Shown: piece by piece, positions 41,336 to 50,647 of the stretch
Position numbering within the stretch: the first letter of the stretch is position 1
Layout of the letters: every line of letters starts with the position of its first letter
Assembly (NCBI GenBank): GCA_037308085.1
Contig: CP147779.1
Location: 2,744,652 to 2,808,651 of the forward strand
From: Promethearchaeati archaeon SRVP18_Atabeyarchaeia-1
Lineage (GTDB): Archaea > Asgardarchaeota > Atabeyarchaeia > Atabeyarchaeales > Atabeyarchaeaceae
Direction: 5' to 3'
Length of the DNA: 64,000 bases
Program-made: the position numbers and the translations under genes
The notes under the pieces: model-generated
Database searches by the model: none
Told to the model about the DNA's origin: nothing
Seen by the model: only the letters and a program-made list of their open reading frames with translations

Positions 41336-42915
41336 TTGTTCCTCGTCTCTCCTGTGACGTAGTAGCCTGCATCAGAAGCGCCTTTGGGATCGAAGGCGCG
41401 CTTGATCTTCCTCAGCCAATCAGGGTAGTTCATGGTGCGACTAGCATAATAGTCGTGCACATCATCACCGACGATAAAGAATGGCATGCCTAGAGCCTGT
41501 TCGAGATCCATCTTGTTGCTTTCATCCTGGTATTCTGTGTACCCCGAACATGATTCCGCTGAGGTCGCCTCGTAGATAGTAGGGGCTTCAAGGTGAGCCA
41601 TGTGTCCTCCCTCGTACCCTGTCATCCAGATTCCCTCTCCCTTGTCGTCTCCAATCACATGTTTCTTGATGTACTTTTGTTTGAGTGGCTTGTTCAACTG
41701 CGCAATTCTTACTGCCAACGATATCGAGTCCATGCCACCGTGAGTGCTCTGGAAACAGTTGGAGAAACGGAAGGCGTGAGCCCCGAGCATGTTCCTTACA
41801 GTCTCACCGTAGTGCATGGGTCTCGGAGAGATTATACCTGCCTCTACCAAGTCTTTACCGCCGTACTTCGCTGTGATAAACTTGAGGAGCTGATTGCGAA
41901 ACTCGAACTCCCGTGATGTGTGGGCTGCCACCAGCACAACGATGTACTTCTTTATCTTGGTCAAGAGACCTCCGAAGATCGCATTGATCGCTTCTGTCTT
42001 GGTATTGGTGAACAGAACTGCAAGACCTTCTGGGGCCGAGGTGGTCGCGACCATGGCCAACTCGCGGTCATTAATCTCATAGTAGGCCTTCTCGTAGGCC
42101 TCCCAATTCTCAAAGTTTAGAACGTATATTTTCCAGTACTGGGGGATTTCCCATTCGTAGTTTGGAATGGTTCCTCCAGTTCGCCACTTCCACTCCTTCT
42201 GTGCTGGCCACGAGTACAGCCTAATGGCGCACTTGGTGAATACCCCTAGACCTCCATAGGCTCCGAGCCATCCTCTCATTATCCCTCTCAAACTGGGGCC
42301 CGGTCCGTCACCGGAAAACCACTTGCCGTTGTGATCGAAAGAACCTAGTCTCAGGATGTCACCATCGGGGAGCACCCACTCCACGCCAAGGACGTTTCTG
42401 GCACTGAAGCCAGTGTAGGGAGATGTGAAGCCTGGACCTACGAAGGACGTGTGACTCGCCAAGGGAGATGTCTGCGGACCCGCGCCCTGCGCGTGGTGCA
42501 TTAACCCGTACTTGAAGAGTTCGGACTGAAGTTCCGCGTTGGTGACGTACGGCTCGATTACGGCGTACATGTTGTTCTTATCGATCTCCAAGATCCGGTT
42601 CATTCTTCTGAGATCGATCTGAATGGCACGTGGGTCGCTGACGCCGGCCCAACGACCAAGTCCGGTGCTCAGAGCTTTGAACTTCAAGTCATGTTCATTG
42701 CATAGCCGGACGATCGCCTGTACTTCCTCCGTTGACGCCGGGAGCACGACAGCCAGCGGCCGTTGCCCGAATCTTGAAGGTTTCTTGCCGGGTTGGACGT
42801 TATGGAGTTCTACGCCCCACTGAAATGCGTATGTATCAAGTATTCCAGGGTCTCTTGAGATGTTCTCCTCACCGACTATCTTCTTGAGGGCGTCGTAAAC
42901 TGCATCTTCCAGCAT
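41332..42915 (-). CDS. FAD-binding oxidoreductase (VAO/GlcD family)
   Basis: 'VVLPASTEEVQAIV', 'DLRRMNRILEID', 'LGVEWVLPDG', 'IKRAFDP'. Confidence 0.88.
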   Translation of the reverse strand: MLEDAVYDALKKIVGEENISRDPGILDTYAFQWGVELHNVQPGKKPSRFGQRPLAVVLPASTEEVQAIVRLCNEHDLKFKALSTGLGRWAGVSDPRAIQIDLRRMNRILEIDKNNMYAVIEPYVTNAELQSELFKYGLMHHAQGAGPQTSPLASHTSFVGPGFTSPYTGFSARNVLGVEWVLPDGDILRLGSFDHNGKWFSGDGPGPSLRGIMRGWLGAYGGLGVFTKCAIRLYSWPAQKEWKWRTGGTIPNYEWEIPQYWKIYVLNFENWEAYEKAYYEINDRELAMVATTSAPEGLAVLFTNTKTEAINAIFGGLLTKIKKYIVVLVAAHTSREFEFRNQLLKFITAKYGGKDLVEAGIISPRPMHYGETVRNMLGAHAFRFSNCFQSTHGGMDSISLAVRIAQLNKPLKQKYIKKHVIGDDKGEGIWMTGYEGGHMAHLEAPTIYEATSAESCSGYTEYQDESNKMDLEQALGMPFFIVGDDVHDYYASRTMNYPDWLRKIKRAFDPKGASDAGYYVTGETRNK

Positions 42916-44187
42916 CTACTCGCCACCTCCAATGCTTTTTGCGACAAGCTCTGTGAGATCATAATACTCCATCGAGGAGCCACGAGACTTAAGGCCATCC
43001 CTAAAGTTTGTCCCACAGAAGGGGCAGCTTGAGACGAGAGCTTGTGCGCCCGTTGACTCCGCCTCTTCAAGTCGTTGATTCGCAGTCCAGAGAGCAAAGT
43101 CTGGGTATGCTGCCTTGACGCCTGCACCAGCCCCGCAGCAGTATGCGTATTCACGGATTCTTTCCATCTCGACGAGCTCGACGCCGGGTATCTGTTTGAG
43201 AACATTCCTCGGAGCATCATACACGCCGCCGGCTCCTCGGCGCTCGGGTTTCGGTGGATTGTAAATGTATACGAGGGTAAGTACCTCAACCTTCTGTCCA
43301 TGCCATGGTAGATATGGCTCAGCCATTCTGCCTAGATGGCAAGGATCATGGTATGTGACCTTGAGAGGTATTTTTCTGTTAAGTTTGAGTCGCTGCGCTT
43401 TGAGAAGACTCTCGGTTAACTGCGAAATATGTAGGACCTCGAAATCATGTTTGACGAAGCGCGGGTATTCAACTTTGAGCATGTTGTAGCAGCCTGCGCA
43501 ACTTGTTATAATGCGCTTGATCCCTGCTTCCCTGAACTTTGCCACGTTGTCTTCCATTATCTTGATGGCTCGTTTCCTGTCCCCTACTCTGTAGACAGGG
43601 CTTCCACAGCAGAACTCATCGGAGCCCATGAGCCTGAAGCCTTCTTTCGCGGCATTGAGGATCTTTGCAGTGGCCAATGCGATCTCCTCTCGTCTGTACG
43701 CTGCCGTGCAGCCCACAAAAAACAGGGTTGAGGAGGACTTGTCCACAACGATGTCGTCAGTGAGCCAAGCTGGTCTCTTTTCAGTGGGCTCACCGTAAGG
43801 GTTGTGGTATCGTTCAACCAAGTTTATGTACTCCTGGTGTTTTGGCATTGGTCCCGCGCCTGACTCGACAGCCGCGACTCTGAACTCATGAATCGCCTCA
43901 TTTGGCTCGAGGTCGTAAACCCACTTGCAGGAGACCTCGCAGGCACCACAATTGGTGCATCTGTAGAGCGCATTGAGCGTCTCGGGAGTGAGCTGTACTC
44001 GGCCTTTGTGGTAGGCATCCGCCATTATCATTCGGCCTCCACCCGAATATGCGTGGAAGTTGTATTTCTCAATCGAAGGGCAGATGTGAGAAAACCTTTT
44101 ACTCTTGATTTGTAGTTGAGGCAAGAACTTGCAGTTCGAACATCTGACGCAGTTATCCATCATTTCTTCTAGACTTGCGAGTGTCAT
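42916..44187 (-). CDS. Fe-S oxidoreductase with CCG domains (HdrD/GlcF/GlpC-like)
   Basis: CxxCxxC ferredoxin motifs, 'CCG' twice, 'YHDPCHLGR', 'SCPFC'; ATG 44187 is coupled (ATGA) to the upstream gene. Confidence 0.9.
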   Translation of the reverse strand: MTLASLEEMMDNCVRCSNCKFLPQLQIKSKRFSHICPSIEKYNFHAYSGGGRMIMADAYHKGRVQLTPETLNALYRCTNCGACEVSCKWVYDLEPNEAIHEFRVAAVESGAGPMPKHQEYINLVERYHNPYGEPTEKRPAWLTDDIVVDKSSSTLFFVGCTAAYRREEIALATAKILNAAKEGFRLMGSDEFCCGSPVYRVGDRKRAIKIMEDNVAKFREAGIKRIITSCAGCYNMLKVEYPRFVKHDFEVLHISQLTESLLKAQRLKLNRKIPLKVTYHDPCHLGRMAEPYLPWHGQKVEVLTLVYIYNPPKPERRGAGGVYDAPRNVLKQIPGVELVEMERIREYAYCCGAGAGVKAAYPDFALWTANQRLEEAESTGAQALVSSCPFCGTNFRDGLKSRGSSMEYYDLTELVAKSIGGGE

Positions 44188-45680
44188 CGTTGCACCTCCT
44201 TGAAGCATAGCCGACCTGGATTCATGATCCCTTTGGGATCGAATATCTCTTTGACCCGCCGCATGGCCGATATCGTTTCGCGTGAGCACCGCTGAAAGAC
44301 AGAACCACTGAACTGGCCGTAGGGTCGGCTGAAGTAGGCTCCAGATTTGAGCAGTGCTTGGCTCCCTTCTAGGTAGAGAGTCTTAGCTCTTTGGACATCT
44401 GCTTGGCTAGCCGGATCGTAGAAGATATCACATTCAAAATGGGCGTTAGCGCCTTGGCTTGTTGGCTGGATGTATGCGCCGATATGTTCAGCGGGGTAAC
44501 CTTTTTTGGTTGATACGCTTCTGAAATCTGCCCAGAGCGCGGGAGTAGCGTCCAGGGTTGTAAGGGCAAAAACCTCTTGGCATCCTCCCGAAAACCTTAG
44601 CTTCCAATAGGGATTCTCACTCGTGACTCCGACAAGCCCTGAAACATCCTTCTTGGTTATCTTGCTGATTCTTTCCTGGAGCTTGATCCCCGAACTGGCT
44701 GCAATGTCACCGGTATCAGCAATCCGGTAGTCCAGCTCCTCCTTCGCCATGTCACCATGCCCGGATAGAGTAATAATAAGGTTCCAAGGTAGAAGCGTCT
44801 TTCGAAGGGCATCAATTTCTCTGTGAGTTTTCCTTAGGGCACAAGAAAGGCTCATTGAATTCAAGATGAAGAGGTCATCAGAGAGCTTTCTCCTGAGCAA
44901 GGCATAGACTAAACCTGTGAGGTCCTCGATCTGTCTGGATTGCACGAACAGGATCTTCTGCACACTTGGTGCTATTTCACATTTCACTGATGCCCAAGTA
45001 ACGATTCCTATTGAGCCCTGCGAACCTTGGATGAGTCTGAACGGATCAAACTGGGAGGGCCCCAATGGGTTCTTTTGAGCTTGGCCAGAAGCCCACTGCT
45101 CCTCTAGGCTGCCTGGTCCAGCTGCGGAACCCGTCCTGAAGAGATCTCCGCTTCCGAACACAACTTCAGTGCACAACAGTGGATCTGATGAGTCCCAATG
45201 ATACCGAGGCGCGGTGATGGGCTCTCTGTCCAAGCATCCAGCGACAACGGATTTTGAGCGTCTCGGTAGTAATGGGAGGAGAGGCCTCAGCCCATGCTTC
45301 GAAAGCTCTTTCACAAACTCAGCGTAGGTGACCCCCGCTTCAACCATCGCCACCTTGTTAGCCCGGTCAACCCGAAGGATCCTATTCATTTTGGACAGAT
45401 TCACGATAACTGAATTCCCTGACTGTGGTATCGTATCGCCGCGAAGTCTAGGGCCTCCTGAGCTTACCGGCACTATTGGAACCGACTTCGCATTAGCGAG
45501 TTCCACAACCCGCTTCACCTGGTCCACCGTCCGCGGCCAGACGACGCATGTGGGTATTCTGGTCTCGCTAAGGGTTTTCGCTCCTGAGTACTCCTTCAAA
45601 TCGCGAGGATCGGTGCTTACATTTTCGCCGCCGACGATCGCCATGAATGTTCTTGCAAGACTTTCTGCCAACCTAGTCAT
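44184..45680 (-). CDS. FAD-binding oxidoreductase (VAO/GlcD family)
   Basis: 'VVWPRTVDQV', 'MNRILRVD', 'GSQGSIGIVT', 'FDPKGIMNPG'. Confidence 0.88.
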   Translation of the reverse strand: MTRLAESLARTFMAIVGGENVSTDPRDLKEYSGAKTLSETRIPTCVVWPRTVDQVKRVVELANAKSVPIVPVSSGGPRLRGDTIPQSGNSVIVNLSKMNRILRVDRANKVAMVEAGVTYAEFVKELSKHGLRPLLPLLPRRSKSVVAGCLDREPITAPRYHWDSSDPLLCTEVVFGSGDLFRTGSAAGPGSLEEQWASGQAQKNPLGPSQFDPFRLIQGSQGSIGIVTWASVKCEIAPSVQKILFVQSRQIEDLTGLVYALLRRKLSDDLFILNSMSLSCALRKTHREIDALRKTLLPWNLIITLSGHGDMAKEELDYRIADTGDIAASSGIKLQERISKITKKDVSGLVGVTSENPYWKLRFSGGCQEVFALTTLDATPALWADFRSVSTKKGYPAEHIGAYIQPTSQGANAHFECDIFYDPASQADVQRAKTLYLEGSQALLKSGAYFSRPYGQFSGSVFQRCSRETISAMRRVKEIFDPKGIMNPGRLCFKEVQR

Positions 45681-46258
45681 CCCTTCTCCAATAGGATTGC
45701 ATTTGTCCTGAGAAGCTACTTAAGCCTAGCCGTGCGCGCCTCAGACAATTCGGGACAGGCTTAGCCCTCTCTGGCGGGGGATCTGGTACTGCGGACCCTT
45801 CTGTACTATCACGTAGCTTCCTTGGTCTAATCATTCTCCATGCATTCTCCGCGGCGAAAAGTTGACTCTGAAAAGACCAGAAGCCTAAACGCGCCTCAAC
45901 GGCACCCGACACGCCGAGGCTAGCTCGGTCCATGAACCAGGAAGCCAACACCCTTCAAGGGGTTGGTAGCTCGCAAAGTGGCAGTGCAGCTTAAGAGGGG
46001 TCAGCACATGACTCTGTAGGATATAAAGCAATAAGGACATGGGACCAAGAAGCCGAGGAAGTTCCACGGCCAGAGCACAGCCTTTCTTTTCGCTGTCATC
46101 GAAGAAACGATATTCCATGAGAATAAATCGCATGAGATTGATGCCTATCGGCACCTCCAAATGCAGCTTCTTTCGGATGCCTTGTCCCTCTCCGATCTCT
46201 TTCTACAGCCATGCCTCTGCCCAGCACTCCCTCTTGAAACGGTAGAAACAGAGAAGAG

Positions 46259-46487
46259 TGGTCCCGGCGGCAGGAGTCTCACCGATGATCTATGATCGTC
46301 AGCTTTGAACCTGCGACCATTGCCGGATGCGGGTTATTTCCCGTACCAGACGGTGTCCGAGCGGGAGCTAACAACTTCCTTGCGAGATACATCACGTATC
46401 ATCTGCATCCCACTACAGCCGCCCGCTCTGGAGTGCAGACTGAGCCAAGATTCTTTAACCAAGTCTGTACCACTGAGCTACGCCGGG
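46259..46487 (-). tRNA. tRNA-Tyr(GUA) with four introns (20/21, 37/38, about 43/44, 59/60), CCA encoded
   Basis: Exons 46487-46469, 46429-46413, 46354-46349, 46319-46304 and 46275-46259 join to CCCGGCG TA GCTC AGTGGTA GAGC G GGCGG CTGTAGA CCGTC TGGTC GCAGG TTCAAAT CCTGC CGCCGGG A CCA (75 nt; C1-G72 and A73 are archaeal Tyr identity elements). BHB or relaxed BHB motifs at the junctions. Confidence 0.9.
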
Positions 46488-46516
46488 ACCCTGTGTTGTG
46501 TTTCAAAGAAGGAAGG

Positions 46517-46532
46517 TATATTAAGGGTTTTG
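46517..46532 (-). promoter_or_regulatory. BRE/TATA promoter of tRNA-Tyr
   Basis: AAAACCC-TTAATATA about 30 nt upstream of tRNA position 1. Confidence 0.6.
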
Positions 46533-46597
46533 GTTTGGAGGGGCTCCATCCTGAATTGAGGGGTTTCGAAGCATTTGCTGCCCAATATGATGGCAGA

Positions 46598-48547
46598 CTA
46601 GACTTGGTCATCTGTTTGAACGACCTTCCTCAATTTCGTCGAGACTGATGGGTACTTGTTGAGATTCTTGTGTGGAAGTAATATTGAGGCTACGAACTCT
46701 CTTCTGAAGCCCTCTTCAGCCATCAGCTCAACGTACTTGATTTGCCGCGATAATCTGTCTGCAAGTCCTCTGGTGCTTCTTGATGTCAGCGCCATTTTCG
46801 CTCCTGCGAGCGCCGTGTTTCCTGCAAACGTGATTTTCCTGGTTGGGATATCTGGTATCAAACCTATTGTTTTCGCATTTTCTGGGTTCAGGTAGTTACC
46901 GAAAGCTCCTGCGATGTATACGTGGCCAATGTCTTCTTCTCTTATTCGTTTCTTCTGCATCAGAATTTCGCATCCAGTGTGTAGCGCTGACTTGGCGAGC
47001 TGTATTTCACTGATGTCTTTGGCTGAAACTGTGATGTCCCTGTTTATTGCGGTCTGGTCTCTCTTGGCGACTATGAATGACATTCCGCTGCCTTCTCCAT
47101 CTTGCTCTACAACCAGTCTGTCTGTCGTGATAGTTTCTTTGTTGAATCTTCCCCTTGTTGAAATGATTCCACTCTTCAGTAGCTCGGCGACGACGTCGAC
47201 CATTGCTGATCCGCATATTCCTATCGGTTTCTGGTCTCCTATGGTTTCATACTCAACCTCGAATGTCTTCGGTTTGATCCTGACTTTTTCGATGGCTCCG
47301 GCTACTGCTTTCATGCCGTACTTGATTTGGGTTCCTTCGAATGCGGGTCCCGCCGCACATGAGCATGCGAGGAGTTCCTGCTTGTTTCCCAAAAAGACTT
47401 CGCCGTTGGTTCCGACATCGACGAGGAGGCTCATCTCATCCTTATCGTGTATTGCGGTGGCTATTACGTCTGCCACTGCGTCTGCCCCGACAAATCCTGC
47501 AACACAGGGCAACACATGCACATTCCCTTCTGGACATATCTTTAAGCCGATTCTTCTTGCCTCAACGTCGATGGCGCTCTTCACGGCAGGCACGTATGGC
47601 GCCAGGGAGAGGAACTTCGGTTCGATGCCCAGGAAAAGGTGGGTCATCACTGTATTCCCAACAACCGTGACCTCGTGTATCCTGCCAATTTGGGCTTTCC
47701 CTGCATCTTTGCAGGCTGACTCAATTACGGTATCTATTCCATCTACAACCAGTTTCATTATCGCCTGCCGGTTTTCTGGATTTTGCGTGGCGTAGCAGAT
47801 CCGGCTTAGAATGTCCTCCCCGTGTTGTATTTGTGGGTTTTCCATCATGCCGGCGGAGGTGATCTCTCCTGTGTTCAGGTTAACTAGGTAGCAGACGATC
47901 TTGGAGGTTCCAATGTCTACTGCTGCGCCATAGTTATCCCCGGTTGTATCACCTGGCTCGATATCGATGATTTCCTTTTCATTCCATGTTGTCGCGGTCA
48001 CATTCCAATTGGCCGCACGTACGACATTCGCGAGGTCTTTTGAAACTTCGAACCTAATCTTGAGTCCTCGTGCGCCTGTGGCAGCTTCTAGCCTTGACAA
48101 GAGTCCTTCATCATCAGCGACTGGATTGGAGATGGTGGGTTTCTGCAGTGTCAGGTAGGTTTTTCGAATTGCGGGTTCTAATGGGACGGGCTGCTCCATT
48201 CCCTTTACCTGAATCCTCCTGAAGCCCAGCCTGCTTTCGCTCGGCACGAAGACTGCGACTGCTCCCGCAGCGTTGGGGTCTCGGAGATTGATCCTTGCGG
48301 CACATGCTAGGCGGTACCCATCTTGAATCTCCTGTCGAGTTAGCAGCTCTTTCTCCTGAGGTGTGGCATCATTAAGTAGGCTTGAGCCCGAGACGACTTT
48401 GATTCTACACTTTCCGCAGGTGGTCTCTTTGCCGCACTCGGATCTTATTCCGACTCCGAGTTCCTCTGCGGCGTCAAGGATGCGTGTTCCGGTCTTAAAG
48501 CGACCCCGCTTCCCCGTTGGCTCAAATATTACCGTTATCGTCTCCAA
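46598..48547 (-). CDS. ASKHA-domain corrinoid reactivation protein (RACo/AcsV-like) with N-terminal 2Fe-2S domain
   Basis: 'ECGKETTCGKC...RLAC', 'VDIGTS', 'GFVGADAVA', 'DVGTNGE', 'AAGPAFEG', 'AGAFG'. Confidence 0.92.
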   Translation of the reverse strand: METITVIFEPTGKRGRFKTGTRILDAAEELGVGIRSECGKETTCGKCRIKVVSGSSLLNDATPQEKELLTRQEIQDGYRLACAARINLRDPNAAGAVAVFVPSESRLGFRRIQVKGMEQPVPLEPAIRKTYLTLQKPTISNPVADDEGLLSRLEAATGARGLKIRFEVSKDLANVVRAANWNVTATTWNEKEIIDIEPGDTTGDNYGAAVDIGTSKIVCYLVNLNTGEITSAGMMENPQIQHGEDILSRICYATQNPENRQAIMKLVVDGIDTVIESACKDAGKAQIGRIHEVTVVGNTVMTHLFLGIEPKFLSLAPYVPAVKSAIDVEARRIGLKICPEGNVHVLPCVAGFVGADAVADVIATAIHDKDEMSLLVDVGTNGEVFLGNKQELLACSCAAGPAFEGTQIKYGMKAVAGAIEKVRIKPKTFEVEYETIGDQKPIGICGSAMVDVVAELLKSGIISTRGRFNKETITTDRLVVEQDGEGSGMSFIVAKRDQTAINRDITVSAKDISEIQLAKSALHTGCEILMQKKRIREEDIGHVYIAGAFGNYLNPENAKTIGLIPDIPTRKITFAGNTALAGAKMALTSRSTRGLADRLSRQIKYVELMAEEGFRREFVASILLPHKNLNKYPSVSTKLRKVVQTDDQV

Positions 48548-48658
48548 GACCTATACCCTTCCAGAGATTCGGTGACCGAGACAAGTATACTCCGCCTCTA
48601 GCATCACGCATCAATGGATGTGTGAGCCAATATTGAGCTCATTACAGAAAGCCGACTG

Positions 48659-49723
48659 CTACAATCCTATGTAGGTGTTGTCCCCTATGACGAGCCTACA
48701 TCCGGATGGCTTGGCTGAGTTGGTTGTGATCTTTGCGTCTCTTCCTATAAGACTGTCAACTATCCTCTTGTCGCAGCTGATTGACACTCCATCCATGATG
48801 ATGGAGTTCTCAACTTCTCCGCCTGAGATGGACACGTTGTTGCCGATGGATGTGTAAGGCCCGACATAGGTGTCAGGTCCGATCTTGCAGTTCTCCCCGA
48901 TTATGGCTGGACCCCTTACACACGTATTCTTCCTCAAGGTGGAGTTCTTGCCTATCACCACGTTCCCTAGCACATTGACGCCTTCTTCCAGAATTCCCTC
49001 GTTGTTGGGTTTGATGTCTGAGAGTATTAGGTGGTTCGCTTCGAGCAAATCCTCAGGCTTGCCCGTGTCTTTCCACCACCCGTCAACCATCCTATAGCCG
49101 ACGGTACGACCTTCATCCAGTAGCATCTGAATAGCGTCCGTTATCTCCAGCTCGCCTCTCCATGAGGGCTTAAGCCTCCTAACTACACCGAAGATAGAGG
49201 AGGTGAACATGTAGATGCCGGTGATTGCGAGGTCGCTTTTTGGCTGTTTTGGTTTCTCAGCTACCCGCAGGAGTCTCCCCTTGTCAACCTCTGCTACACC
49301 GAAAAGCCTTGGGTCCTTGACCTTTGTTAAGACAACCATGGCGTCGTACTTCGAGTTCTTGAAGTCGTCGACTAGGTACTTTATCCCCTTTCTTAGGAGG
49401 TTGTCTCCAAGGTACATCACAAAGGGTTCTTCTCCGATGAAGCCCTCTGCGGCTAGGACTGCATGAGCAAGCCCCTTTGGGTCTGGTTGATCGATGTAGG
49501 ACACTTTCACGCCGAATTTGGTGCCGTCTCCGATAGATTCCCTTATGGTTTCATTCATTGGTCCTACGATTATTCCTATCTCCTTTACTCCAGCATCCCT
49601 TATGCTCTCCAAGCCGTAGAACAGAATTGGTTTGTTGGCCACAGGTAGCATATGCTTGTTGCCTGTGTGAGTGAGCGGTCTTAATCTAGTGCCAAATCCT
49701 CCTGCGAGCAACAATCCTTTCAT
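48659..49723 (-). CDS. rmlA: Glucose-1-phosphate thymidylyltransferase (long form)
   Basis: 'LAGGFGTRLRPLT', 'GLAHA', 'EKP', 'RGELEITDA', 'WKDTG', hexapeptide-repeat tail. Confidence 0.92.
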   Translation of the reverse strand: MKGLLLAGGFGTRLRPLTHTGNKHMLPVANKPILFYGLESIRDAGVKEIGIIVGPMNETIRESIGDGTKFGVKVSYIDQPDPKGLAHAVLAAEGFIGEEPFVMYLGDNLLRKGIKYLVDDFKNSKYDAMVVLTKVKDPRLFGVAEVDKGRLLRVAEKPKQPKSDLAITGIYMFTSSIFGVVRRLKPSWRGELEITDAIQMLLDEGRTVGYRMVDGWWKDTGKPEDLLEANHLILSDIKPNNEGILEEGVNVLGNVVIGKNSTLRKNTCVRGPAIIGENCKIGPDTYVGPYTSIGNNVSISGGEVENSIIMDGVSISCDKRIVDSLIGRDAKITTNSAKPSGCRLVIGDNTYIGL

Positions 49724-49742
49724 TTCGTCGACCCACCTTTGC

Positions 49743-50642
49743 TTAATAGGAATTTCTTTCTCTCTTTAAAGTTTTCAGTGCCTCGTCAATTGATACTGGC
49801 TTGATGGTAAATAATCTTTGAGCTTTGCCGATTTTTAGGGAAGAGTCTCGAGGTCTCTTTGCTCTGAGGTTGATTTCGGCTGACTTGACTGGTTGCATGA
49901 GTTTCTTGTTGAGGTCAAAGACCTTGCATATCTTGTTGGCGAAATCCAGTCTACTTATTCTCGTTGTTCCTGCGAGGTTTAGAATGCCTTGAGGCTTTTT
50001 CTGTGCGGTTTCAATGATCATTTCAGCTAGGCTAGTGTTTAGAGTCGGTGAATTGTATTGATCCATTGCCACCTTGATTCGTTCTTTCTTTTCAAGGCTG
50101 TTTATGACCCACATCGCGAAGTTTGGTCGGTATGGTCTTTCCCATCCAAAGACGACGTCGGTTCTGACTATGGAATAGCTGCAACCGCTAGCGCTGACGA
50201 ATTCCTCTCCTTTGAGTTTCGTGTATCCATAGTAGTTGATTGGGTTTGGTGTCGCTTCCTCATCATATTGCCCCTTCACTCCGTCGAAGACGTAGCTTGT
50301 CGATAGTTGTATCAAATAAGAGCCGATTCTCGAACATGCCTCAGCCACGTTCCTGGCGCCTTCAGCATTCGCCTTCCAAGCCTTTTCCTTTTCGACTTCG
50401 CACAGGTCCGTGTCGAGCATTGCGGCAGCATTCATAACTATTTCTGGGCTGAGTTCGGCTATCATGGATGCTGTTGACTCGGCGTCGGCTATGTCGAGTC
50501 TGAGGAAAACTTGTTTGTCTACGAAATCCTGGGATGGCGGATGAGTCAGATAGGTAGCATATACTTCTAGTCCTTTTCTCGAGCAGAAATCCACAAGCTT
50601 TGAACCAAGTAACCCGGTTCCGCCGACGACCAATACACTCAT
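49743..50642 (-). CDS. rmlD: dTDP-4-dehydrorhamnose reductase
   Basis: GGTGLLG, 'STSYVFDG', 'PINYYG.TKL.GE', 'DQ..SPT', 'AKRPRDSSL'. Confidence 0.9.
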   Translation of the reverse strand: MSVLVVGGTGLLGSKLVDFCSRKGLEVYATYLTHPPSQDFVDKQVFLRLDIADAESTASMIAELSPEIVMNAAAMLDTDLCEVEKEKAWKANAEGARNVAEACSRIGSYLIQLSTSYVFDGVKGQYDEEATPNPINYYGYTKLKGEEFVSASGCSYSIVRTDVVFGWERPYRPNFAMWVINSLEKKERIKVAMDQYNSPTLNTSLAEMIIETAQKKPQGILNLAGTTRISRLDFANKICKVFDLNKKLMQPVKSAEINLRAKRPRDSSLKIGKAQRLFTIKPVSIDEALKTLKRERNSY

Positions 50643-50647
50643 GTCCC

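Noticed and set aside
45885-46160. 91-aa ORF downstream of the tRNA
   Set aside because: No recognisable motif or clear start context; cannot be supported.
46200-46290. Possible att site or integrated element at the tRNA 3' end
   Set aside because: No integrase and no duplicate of the tRNA 3' end seen in the window.
46292-46648. Track ORFs 46292-46648, 46305-46559 and 46399-46611
   Set aside because: They overlap the intron-containing tRNA-Tyr and have no protein-like features.
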